From Eubacteriales bacterium (GTDB lineage: Bacteria > Bacillota > Clostridia > Oscillospirales > JAAYXM01), in contig JAZOAI010000028.1 in the NCBI GenBank assembly GCA_045595365.1, forward strand, positions 14,621 through 78,620: 64,000 nt of DNA, in the 5' to 3' direction. Positions 25,701 to 35,100 of the stretch are shown in pieces. Made by a program: the position numbers and the translations under genes. The notes under the pieces were generated by a model. It saw nothing but the letters and a program-made list of their open reading frames with translations, did not search any database and was not told the DNA's origin. Numbering within the stretch: the stretch's first letter is position 1; each line of letters opens with the position of its first letter.

Positions 25701-27742
25701 CAAAGATAGGCAAAAATGCATTCAGCGGTTGCTCATCTTTAAGTGAGTTCACTATGTCAGAAGAACTTACTTCTCTTGGTGAAAACGCATTTAAAGGCGC
25801 ATTGAAAATTAAAGCAGTTGCATCAAATGCGGCGGTTGCAAAAGCTGTAGCATCCTCAGGTGCAAAAAATATTGTTCTTGATATTTCTGATATACCGGAA
25901 GCTGATGCTGAGAATATGGAGCTTAACATCGGCGATATAACTTCATTTGAGCTTCAGGGTAAAGACAAGGAGTATAAGGGGCTCAGCGTTAAGTCTGATG
26001 CTACGACAACGGTTATAAATGGCGTTAAGTTTGTTGGAGGAACAAAGATTCCTATGGAAATTTCCTCGCCCAATGTAACGCTTAACAGAGTGAGTGCAAA
26101 TGTAATGGGAACACCGCTTGTTCTTAGTGCAGAGAATGCAACTGTAAAGCTTAATCAGACGGTATCACTTTCATCCTCTGCCGGCAATTCTGTGCTTTGT
26201 AAGAATGTATCATTCTCTTCTTTGAGTACAGCCGTGGTAGGAAAGTTGGTTCTTTCGGGTAATATGGTTGTCGCCGGAACAATTAACGGCGCAACCTATA
26301 TAACCTTTAACAAAGGCGAACTCAAAACCGTCTCCGCAAATGAATTTGCAAATTATTACGCTTTTTGTGATGTGATTTGGGACGGAACATCAATAGAGCC
26401 TGCATACAACGCAAGCACAAAGACATACACCGTAACAAATGCGAGAGAGCTTGCTTGGATATCCGATGTTTCAAACGGCGTGATTACAAGCGGAAAGAAC
26501 TTCCCATCAGACATTACATTTAAGGGATATACCGTTAATCTTGCAAACGATATTTACCTCAATGATCCAACAGGATGGGAAAACTGGGAGGCAACTGCAC
26601 CGCGTAATCGCTGGAAAGGATTTAGCTTTGGTGGAGCTTTCAAAGGAAACAGCCATACAATTTATGGATTATATGCAAGCGGTAATACATACTTCATGGA
26701 GGATTGTTTGTTCCAGACTATCTCTACTTCTGGAAGTGTAGAAGACTTGAATATCGTTGAAGGATATTTTGGAGCAATAAGTTATGGCAACGACGGCACT
26801 ATATCAAGATGCACTACCGACGGAAAGGCTTTTTATGCAGGTGTTGTGAGATTTAACGAAGGTACAATTATAAACTGCACTAATAACGCCGATTTGATAG
26901 CGGCCGACGGCAATATATCATTTGGCGGAATAGTAGCATCTAATGGTGGAAGTGTATATAACTGTGTAAACAATGGAGATATACATATAAAAAGAGGAGA
27001 ATCAACAGGCGGAATAGCGGGAAGTTCCAGCGGAACAATTGAATTTTGCAAGAACTATGGAAATATTTTGCGTTCCGGTGGCACTATCGGCAGTACTTCA
27101 ACAGGTGGAATAGCAGGATTAGCCTCAGGAACGATTGAAGGATGTGCTAATTTTGCGACAGTACGGTCTGAAGTAGGATGCTATATCGCCGGAATAGTAG
27201 GAGATGGTGGTTCCTCCCTATACATTTATAAATGCTATAATGCCGGACCGATATATTGCGATGGCTCAGGCTGTGCAGCAGGCATTCTGGGCGGTGCGTA
27301 TGGTGATAAGACTTCCATAACTATTAAAGATTGTTACAATGTGGCGGATATTACTGCAAGTGGAGAAGATGGGCTTGCATCTGGAATAGTCGGAAGGGTT
27401 ACCGTTTCTACTGTTGGAAAGGGAGTTGCTAATATCTCTTGTGTATATAGCGTTGGAAAAGTAACTAAAGTTTCCGACACTCGACCGAGTCTGTTTGATC
27501 TCCTATCGACCGGAGATGGAGAAATTAAGTACTGTTATTCTCCGTCAACCCCATTATATGGATATATAGAAACAGATCCTGACTTTAGTTATATTACGGT
27601 ATCATATGTAAAACAGGTGTCATCTGAAAAAATGAAAACCCTTTCTAACCTTACGGGATTCAGTTCATCAATTTGGGGAACAGATCCTAACATCAACAAC
27701 GGCTATCCGTATCTAAAAGATTTGGAGGACACATACAAGTAG
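22793..27742 (+). CDS. Giant secreted surface protein: cohesin-like + dockerin + Listeria-Bacteroides (Flg_new) repeats + BspA-type LRR + GLUG-like repeats
   Basis: 1649 aa with a signal peptide. Cohesin-like module (VDVDVIIENNPGILGATLEFAYD...FVWDA). Dockerin with two Ca-loop repeats (DLDGDRIVNTRD / DVNNDAKTNTAD). Flg_new repeats GYNFVGWYT...LYAHWE, LRR_5-like IPDSAFEGCSSLKYV, and C-terminal GGIAG...G.I..C.N repeats. Confidence 0.8.
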   Translation: MKTKKLIASLLSLVMILSIITPTSVLASTSVAKSTITVKSVTDTAGATVDVDVIIENNPGILGATLEFAYDEGLTLINASNGEAFSSLTMTKPGKFISPCKFVWDAQEITSDDVKDGKILTLQFKIDDNAQAGDEYNINVSYQSGDIIDADLATLEANLVNGCVSVVDYLPGDLDGDRIVNTRDIVLLRRHVAGGYDQTVNESAADVNNDAKTNTADIVLVRRYIAGGYGVELKPSKPQCDHTMTETAYKAPDCTTTGNIAYWTCTKCGRIYSDKNGTTEISAKDVEIASPGHSIVIDAAVAPTYSSSGLTEGKHCSACGEIIVAQQIIPALQKEEYSITYHIDSNDEYLQSININNPNPNTYAKEEGLVLQDLIVKGYNFVGWYTAQIGGERVTKIAAGETENRTLYAHWEKVEYKVQFSSDMVAIGDMKFTAGEERTLPNPTLDRYTFVGWSDKEGNIWKTIPKGTSKNVVLYANWASNRNKAVPVKKLADPIICEDSENGLMLFTYEIGEIQNVPLYTILKLNCVNGIISTISTTTSQEISSTQAKTIAQTISNATTNSASWTLENSWNNSTEVSQSYLDQTGQTREEAESLAKSNSGTYNLSSSSGGSNGYTDTNSGSYTLSGNQGHSNSSTTETGENFDLSVDAKFSSETSIGAEASIELVKLNANQKFGFEIGAGAGYGNYVKNTNTGTDSWTSGIDISNETSNTTTAQKNWNTAEGYSNSKTISSNTSVANAVSKLISQEYGYGSSYAEGGSNSNSQALASTDTKSDEYSTTMTYHTSKIESTTKSIETTGNTIGDYRYVMAGTIHVFAVIGYDVAESSYFVYTYNVLDDETYEYVDYSFDGTFNDYETSIIPFEIPHFVNDYVNTRIAKTSGLQIDPDTGMIMNYIPDSNNPDTIVVIPSYMSIDNGDGTFSSVKVKGIAPGLFKNNTNLVGIKLGNFITEIPDSAFEGCSSLKYVVSPGITKIGKNAFSGCSSLSEFTMSEELTSLGENAFKGALKIKAVASNAAVAKAVASSGAKNIVLDISDIPEADAENMELNIGDITSFELQGKDKEYKGLSVKSDATTTVINGVKFVGGTKIPMEISSPNVTLNRVSANVMGTPLVLSAENATVKLNQTVSLSSSAGNSVLCKNVSFSSLSTAVVGKLVLSGNMVVAGTINGATYITFNKGELKTVSANEFANYYAFCDVIWDGTSIEPAYNASTKTYTVTNARELAWISDVSNGVITSGKNFPSDITFKGYTVNLANDIYLNDPTGWENWEATAPRNRWKGFSFGGAFKGNSHTIYGLYASGNTYFMEDCLFQTISTSGSVEDLNIVEGYFGAISYGNDGTISRCTTDGKAFYAGVVRFNEGTIINCTNNADLIAADGNISFGGIVASNGGSVYNCVNNGDIHIKRGESTGGIAGSSSGTIEFCKNYGNILRSGGTIGSTSTGGIAGLASGTIEGCANFATVRSEVGCYIAGIVGDGGSSLYIYKCYNAGPIYCDGSGCAAGILGGAYGDKTSITIKDCYNVADITASGEDGLASGIVGRVTVSTVGKGVANISCVYSVGKVTKVSDTRPSLFDLLSTGDGEIKYCYSPSTPLYGYIETDPDFSYITVSYVKQVSSEKMKTLSNLTGFSSSIWGTDPNINNGYPYLKDLEDTYK

Positions 27743-27857
27743 AAACAAAGCTTCTCTGACGGGAAAACGTAAGAGTTATTGCAGTGAAAAACAAGTAAAT
27801 TTATCGACTTGTGATTGCCCTCTTGGGCAATCACAGGTGGAAAGGAAATGATACAAT

Positions 27858-30800
27858 GTGAAGCAGAAGAGAATAATTGCTTGCTTGCTGTCAATGGTGA
27901 TGTTATTAACAACATTTGCGCCAATTTCCGCTTTTGCTATAGCAGAGCCAACCATAACGGTGCAAACAGTAACAGATGTTGCAGGTGCTACTGTTGAGGT
28001 GGATGTTGTTTTAGCAAATAACCCCGGAATATTAGGTGCTATATTGACAATTAGCTATGACGAAGGGCTGACACTCCTTGATGCATCATCAGGAGAAGCG
28101 TTTTCAGGCCATTCGATGACAAAGCCCGGAAAGTTTACATCTCCTTGTAAATTTGTTTGGGACGGTGAGGACATTGATTCCATCGAAGTAAAAGATGGAA
28201 CGATACTTACACTTCAATTCAAAATCTCCGAAGATGCAGAGGCAGGACATGAATATGCCGTAAACGCATCATGTGTAAAAGGAGATATAACAGACAACGA
28301 CTTAAATGACATTGATGTCAAGATTGTCAACGGAAGCGTTAACGTTGTCGATTATATGCCCGGAGACCTCGACAATGATCAGATTGTTAATACAAGGGAC
28401 ATTATCTTGCTCCGCCGAGACATTGCCGGAGGCTACGAACAAGAGATAAATAAATTGGCCGGTGATGTCAATGCTGATGCTACAAGAAATACAAAAGATA
28501 TTATTCTTATCCGCAGATTCATTGCAAGCGGATATGGAGTAGAACTATTGCCCGGCAAGAGTGCCTGCGATCACAATTTGACAAAAACAGATTACAAAGC
28601 TCCAACGGAATCAGCTGCAGGTAATATTGAATATTGGACATGTTCACTTTGCGGAAAGTATTACAGTGATAATGGCGGAAAAACAGAGATTACACTTGCC
28701 GATACTGTAATTGAAGCAACAGGTGGTGAGGTTGATCCCAATGCACCAACAATAACTTACCACATCGCAAACAATGATACATATCTTGAAAGCATTATTA
28801 TAGATAATCCCAACCCGAAAACTTATTCAACAGAGACCGGATTGGTTCTCCAGGATCTGATTGTTAAGGGATATAATTTCAAAGGTTGGTTTACTGCTCA
28901 GACAGGTGGAACACAGGTAACAAAGATTGATGCTGGAGAGACAACAAACAAGACCCTTTATGCTCATTGGGAAAAAGTAACTTATACAGTAAGCTTTGCA
29001 TGCGATATGGTTCTTCCTGGTGGAGAGATAAGTGATATTACATACACAGTAGATAAAGAGTATGTCTTGCCTAAACCTACAATGGATAAATATACATTTG
29101 TTGGTTGGACAGATAAATCAGGTCAATTGTGGAAATCGATACCTGAAGGTACAACAGGAAACATTAACCTTTATGCTAACTGGGCAAGTAATAGAAATAA
29201 AGCTGTTGCGAAAGAAAGCCTTGATGCACCGTTCATTTTTGAAGACACAGATAATGGTCTGATACTCTTTACCTATGAAATTGGTGAAATACAGAATGTT
29301 CCTTTGTTTACAACACTAAAACTAAATTGTGTAAATGGTATTATTTCAACTACAGAAGTAACTAAAACAAGTGAAATTAGCGACACACAAGCATCTGCTA
29401 TTGCACAGTCTATTTCAAACGCAACTACAAATTCTTCATCGTGGACCTTGTCAAGCGACTGGAATGAGACGACCGAAGTTAGTGAAAAATATTTAGAAGA
29501 AACAGGCAAGACAAGAGAAGAGGCTGAGACTTTATCAAAGAGTGAAAGCAATACATATTTCCTAAACTCTAGCAGCGGAGGTTCAGCGGATACTGTAACA
29601 GTAGATGGTACAACATATAAGCATTCAGGTAATGTTGCAGGTTCATCAACGACTGACATGGGAATCAAACAAACTTCCTCACTTAATTCAAAAGTAGGCG
29701 GTGGCATTGGACTTGGAAATGAAAAAAGTTTAATTAGTGGTAATGTTTCTGCGGAAATCGAAGCAGGGAAAAGTCAAGAATTGTCAGTTAATATGTCTGG
29801 GACAAATGGATGGGATGAAGGCGAAGAACAAGGGACGGATCATTCAACCACAAAAACAGAGTCTAGTAACTGGAATTCAACATCTGGATATGAAAACAGT
29901 AAAACCACTAGCCAGAGCACAACAATCTCAAACATTATTTCTCAAGTCGTAAGCCAAGAAAAGGGATACGGTGAAACATATTCTTCTGGTGGAAGCAATA
30001 GCGAAGCACAAGCTTTTGCGTCATCAAACACACAAAATGATGAATATAGTTCAACTATGACATACTATACATCTACAATTGAATCCTCAACTACGTCTTT
30101 CTCAAGCACAGGAAATACAATTGGAGATTATAGAATGGTCATTGCCGGAACTGTACATGTTTTTGCAGTAGTTGGATATGATATTGCAAACAAAGAATAT
30201 TTTGTTTATACATACAATGTTTTGGGTGATGGCTCGAAGGATGATGGAACTTACGAGTATCTCGACTACTCATTTGATGGTTCCTTTAAAGATTATGAAA
30301 CAACAGTTATTCCTTTTGAGGTTCCATACTTTGTAAATGAGTATGTTGCGAATAGAATAGCAAAAACAGATGGATTATTGTTTGATCCAGATACAGGAAT
30401 GATAGTAGATTATCTTCCTGAAGATGGAACAACAGCGAATGTTGTTATCATACCGTCCTATATTGTTGTTGATAACAACGATGGTACATTCAGTGCAGAA
30501 AAGGTTACAGGCATAGCACCTGGATTATTCAAGAACAACACAACTATAAAAGCTGTTCAGTTAGGACGATTTATAACTGAAATACCTGATTCGGCATTTG
30601 AAGGTTGTACATCATTGGAATACCTACTATGTCCGGGTGTAACAGAAATAGGAAACAGTGCATTTAGCGGATGTACATCGTTAGAAAGCTTTGCGCTTCC
30701 TGTTGAAATAACAACAGTAGGCGAAAATGCCTTTGAAGGTGTACCGGAAGTTAAAGCGACAGCATCTAACGCAGATATTGCGCAGGCTGTAGCGGCATGT

Positions 30801-32114
30801 GGCGCAGAGAATATTGTGTTGGATATCTCCGCTATTCCTAGTGAAGAAACTGAAGGAATGGAGTTTGTCATTGGCGACATTGAATCGTTCGAACTTCAGG
30901 GCAAAGACAAGGAATACAAGGGATTAAGCGTCAAGTCAGATGCTGCCAAAACAGTTATTAACGGTGTCACAATCACAGAAAATACAAAAATTCCTTTAGA
31001 ACTTTCTTCAAGCGAAGTTGTTCTTGACCGTGTAACCGTTGAAGCAACAGGATACGCGCTTGTTCTCAAAGCTGAAGAAGCAGCTCTTTCAATGAACAGA
31101 ACCATTAACCTCAGATCATTAAATGGTAATGCGGTTCTTTGCAAAAACATTGACCTCGCGCCTCTGACGACAGGCATTGTTGGCAAGTTAAGTGTAGCTG
31201 GAAATGTTATGGTATGTGGTCAAATTGCAAACGATAGATACCTTGCAGTTTCTGATGGCGAAATTATTTACATCACCGCAGAAGAATTTGAAAACTATCT
31301 ATCCTCGCACAAAATCACATTTGATCCAAATGGCGGCTCAGTTACAACGGAGAGCAAAATTGCATCGCTGAATATGCCAATCGGCGAATTACCTGTTCCA
31401 AGCAGAGATTATTATTCGTTTGATGGATGGTACACTGAGGTTGATGGTGGCGAAAAAGTGACTGCAGAGACTCTTATGACTGCACTTACAGATATTACGC
31501 TGTATGCGCATTGGATACAGAATGATGTATCTGCATGGACTCTGGCCACTGAGGTTCCGGAAGATGCTGAGATAGTTGATAGAAAGTTCACTTATACTCA
31601 AACATTGTACACAACATCAAACTCATCTTCATTAAGCGGATGGACACAGTATAATTCTGAAAGAACTGATTGGGGAGCAACCGTAGGTCCGGTATACTCT
31701 AATCCAACGAATGGAAGCAGAAATGTATGGAGTGAACGATATGTGACTTCTACCACTACACACTATAAGTATTATCACAGATATACTGGCAGTGTTTGGG
31801 GATCGGATTCTACTGCACCGAATAGTGCAAGACACTCAGCTCCTGATATAACATATCAGCTTTCACCGTCAGGAAAATACGGCACAAGTATTCAGTTCTA
31901 TGGATCATTGGCATGCCCGGCATGTGGTGCTAAGAATATGTGGATTCCGGATGGCACAACTAAAACAAACAATTACGGTACAAGATGGTACTATCAAGAA
32001 CCTGTATATACCTATTACTACAGCAAGACAGAAGATAAAGAATCGCAGAGCGATCCGTCAGAACTAGCTGATGTATCTAATGTTGAGGAATGGGTACAGT
32101 ACAGAATAAAGTAA
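27858..32114 (+). CDS. Giant secreted surface protein, paralog of 22793-27742 with a different C-terminal module
   Basis: 1418 aa with a GTG start behind aggtggaaagg. It is collinear with the upstream paralog for the first ~1,000 residues (cohesin-like, dockerin, Flg_new, LRR). It then ends in a Flg_new repeat and a Trp/Tyr/Cys-rich domain instead of GLUG-like repeats. Confidence 0.8.
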   Translation: MKQKRIIACLLSMVMLLTTFAPISAFAIAEPTITVQTVTDVAGATVEVDVVLANNPGILGAILTISYDEGLTLLDASSGEAFSGHSMTKPGKFTSPCKFVWDGEDIDSIEVKDGTILTLQFKISEDAEAGHEYAVNASCVKGDITDNDLNDIDVKIVNGSVNVVDYMPGDLDNDQIVNTRDIILLRRDIAGGYEQEINKLAGDVNADATRNTKDIILIRRFIASGYGVELLPGKSACDHNLTKTDYKAPTESAAGNIEYWTCSLCGKYYSDNGGKTEITLADTVIEATGGEVDPNAPTITYHIANNDTYLESIIIDNPNPKTYSTETGLVLQDLIVKGYNFKGWFTAQTGGTQVTKIDAGETTNKTLYAHWEKVTYTVSFACDMVLPGGEISDITYTVDKEYVLPKPTMDKYTFVGWTDKSGQLWKSIPEGTTGNINLYANWASNRNKAVAKESLDAPFIFEDTDNGLILFTYEIGEIQNVPLFTTLKLNCVNGIISTTEVTKTSEISDTQASAIAQSISNATTNSSSWTLSSDWNETTEVSEKYLEETGKTREEAETLSKSESNTYFLNSSSGGSADTVTVDGTTYKHSGNVAGSSTTDMGIKQTSSLNSKVGGGIGLGNEKSLISGNVSAEIEAGKSQELSVNMSGTNGWDEGEEQGTDHSTTKTESSNWNSTSGYENSKTTSQSTTISNIISQVVSQEKGYGETYSSGGSNSEAQAFASSNTQNDEYSSTMTYYTSTIESSTTSFSSTGNTIGDYRMVIAGTVHVFAVVGYDIANKEYFVYTYNVLGDGSKDDGTYEYLDYSFDGSFKDYETTVIPFEVPYFVNEYVANRIAKTDGLLFDPDTGMIVDYLPEDGTTANVVIIPSYIVVDNNDGTFSAEKVTGIAPGLFKNNTTIKAVQLGRFITEIPDSAFEGCTSLEYLLCPGVTEIGNSAFSGCTSLESFALPVEITTVGENAFEGVPEVKATASNADIAQAVAACGAENIVLDISAIPSEETEGMEFVIGDIESFELQGKDKEYKGLSVKSDAAKTVINGVTITENTKIPLELSSSEVVLDRVTVEATGYALVLKAEEAALSMNRTINLRSLNGNAVLCKNIDLAPLTTGIVGKLSVAGNVMVCGQIANDRYLAVSDGEIIYITAEEFENYLSSHKITFDPNGGSVTTESKIASLNMPIGELPVPSRDYYSFDGWYTEVDGGEKVTAETLMTALTDITLYAHWIQNDVSAWTLATEVPEDAEIVDRKFTYTQTLYTTSNSSSLSGWTQYNSERTDWGATVGPVYSNPTNGSRNVWSERYVTSTTTHYKYYHRYTGSVWGSDSTAPNSARHSAPDITYQLSPSGKYGTSIQFYGSLACPACGAKNMWIPDGTTKTNNYGTRWYYQEPVYTYYYSKTEDKESQSDPSELADVSNVEEWVQYRIK

Positions 32115-32182
32115 GTAAGTCGCCAGATGCCTACCTCTGACTTAAGAGGTAGGCTGAGGTTAAAGAATTAAGGAGGATTTTT

Positions 32183-35100
32183 ATGAAAGCAATAGCAAAA
32201 AGATTTGTCGCATGCTTGTGTGTTATATCAATGATACTGTCTATGATGATGGTCGCACAGGCTTCCGGCACAGAAATTGTAGTTGGCAAAACTACTTTGG
32301 TACAAGCAAACGGAGAAGAAATTGTTCAAATCCCAATTGATCTCTCAGGTAATACCGGTATCGCAGGTATGACTTTGAGAATTTCATACACTGAGGGCTT
32401 GACATTAACGGAGATAGCAAAGGGTTCTGGCTTGGCTTCTTTGACAATGACAAAACCTGGTGTTTTAACATCAAATCCTTTTAATCTTGTTTGGGATGGA
32501 CAAGATGCCGACACATCAAATGGTACAGTTGCAACATTAGTTTTCACAGTACCTAAGAATACAGTCAAAGATTATGAAATCACTGTAATTCCTGATGGCG
32601 TTTTTGACAATGATCTTAACGATGTTACAATAAATATTACAAATGGAAAGATATCTGTCGAAGAAAAGCCGAAGGAAAACTTCGCTGGATTATCATTCGC
32701 TGATGCAACTTTTACTTATGATGGCACAGAAAAGGCTCTTGCAGTATCAGGACTTCCCTCCGGAGCATCTGTCACATATACAAGTGCAGATTTTGATGCG
32801 GATGGCAAAGCAATCGATGCCGGAACATACAACATTACAGCAACAGTTAAGAAAGATGGATATAATGATTGGTCCGATGAAGCTACATTAACAATCGATC
32901 CTAAAGCAATTTCCGTAACAGGAATTACCATATCAAATAAGGAATATGACGGTACTGACGCAGCTATACTGAGTGGCGGTACAATTTCAGGACTCGTTGC
33001 TCGTGATGCGGCAGATCAGTACTGTGATGAGCATCAGGGATATAGAATTAAGTATTACATCCCTGAATTTGGTACATTCGCTGATGCAAACGCAGGCACA
33101 AATAAAGCGGTTACAATTGATGAGATTGTTCTTACTGGTTGCTCGGCTGAAAACTATGTTTTAACACAGCCTACAGGTTTAAAGGCTAATATTACTAAAG
33201 CTCCGATTACTGTTACAGCAAAGGACGTTACAATAAAGACAGGAGCTACTATTCCTAATTTTGACGAGAATAGTTATGAAATCACTTCCGGAAAATTGTT
33301 TGGTGACGATAAAATAACAGGTAGTTTAGCAACAAATTGCACATCTACTTCTGCTGCTAAAGACTTCAATATTACACAGGGAACTTTAACAGCAGGTAAC
33401 AACTATAACTTGACATTTGTTGCCGGCAAGTTGTCTGTTGTTGATAAAACAGTACAAAATGTAACTGTTGACGGTGTTGTTACCGAAAAAACATATGGTG
33501 ATGACGGATTTAAGATTACGGTAACACCTGATGTAAATTCTAGTCTTGACAACTTCACAATTACATCAAGCAATACAAATGTTGCAGATATTGATGAAAG
33601 TGGCAATGTTACAATCAACAATGCAGGAACAACAACTATTACTGTAAAAGAAGCTGGTAATGCTGAATATGCTCCGTTCGAAAAGAGCTGGACACTTACA
33701 GTAAAGAAATTACCTCTTACAATTACAGCTGACAACAAGACGAAGAAAATCGGTCAGGAAGACCCACAGCTTACACATCAGCTTGCAGGCGAATTGGTAG
33801 GTTTTGATACTCTTGAAGTAACCCTTGTTAGAGAACAAGGCGAAGCAGTTGGTAAATATGCTATTACAAATAAAAAGATTGTAGTTAGTGATAACTACGA
33901 AATCACTTTCAATCCGGGTGTATTTGAAATTGTTGACAAAACACCACAGGTAATTACAGTAGATGGCGTTGTAGAAAAGAAGGCATATGGTGATGACGGG
34001 TTTAAGATCACTGTAACACCTGATGCAACTTCTAAGCTTGACAATTTCTCAATAACTTCAAGTGATGCAAATGTTGCAATTGTTGACGAAAGTGGAAATG
34101 TTACAATTAAAGGCGCCGGTATTACTACCCTCTCTGTAAAAGAAGCTGGCAACGAAGAATACGCAGCATTTGAAAAGACTTGGACACTTACGGTAGATAA
34201 AGCAAAGGTTACAATTACAGCAGATAATATCACTAAGAAAATTGGCCAGAATGATCCGGAACTTACATATTCAGTAAATGGTAATTTGTATGGTGAAGAT
34301 AAAGTAACCGGTGAGCTTGCAAGAACAGCAGGCGAAGAATTAGGCAAATACGACATCCTTATTGGTACATTGGCAATCAACAATAATTATGAAATCGCCT
34401 TTAATAAAGGTATATTCGAAATCGTTGATAAAACTCCTCAGGTTATCACCGTTGCTGATATTGATGCAAAAACGTATGGCGATGCATCTTTTAAACTTGA
34501 AGTAACACCTGACGCTACTTCAAAGCTTGATACATTTACATATGTCAGCAACAATGTTGATGTTGCAGATGTTGAATCTGACGGAACAGTAACAATTAAA
34601 GGTGCTGGTGAAACTACTATTACTGTTAGCCAGGCTGGTAACGAAGAATATGCAGCAACAGAAAAAACTGTTAAATTAGTTGTTGATCCCATTACAGTAG
34701 CAGTTACTGCAATTGATATGGACAACAAGACAGCAACAATTGAAGGAGTTTTAGAAGCTGATAAGGCAGGCGTAGAGCTTGACTTCGATAATGTTAAAAC
34801 AACGGTTATTTCTTCAGAGAAATCAACTGTTGAAGAAACAACAACTATTACCTCAACACTTAAAGTAACTAACCTTAAAATTAAAGGTGAAAAGGCGAAG
34901 AATTATGTTGTAGATAAGGGCACTTCATTAACAACGACTGTTGTGTCAACAACAGTAACAGAAAAACTTACTGAAGATGAAAATGTTACAATCGAAGCTG
35001 CTCCTGTTGATGATAAAACTATTATAGTGACAGACGTAGCTGTTGCTCCTGAAGCGGAAGTTAAGAAGGTTACCATTGACGTAACTGCAATAGCTGATAC

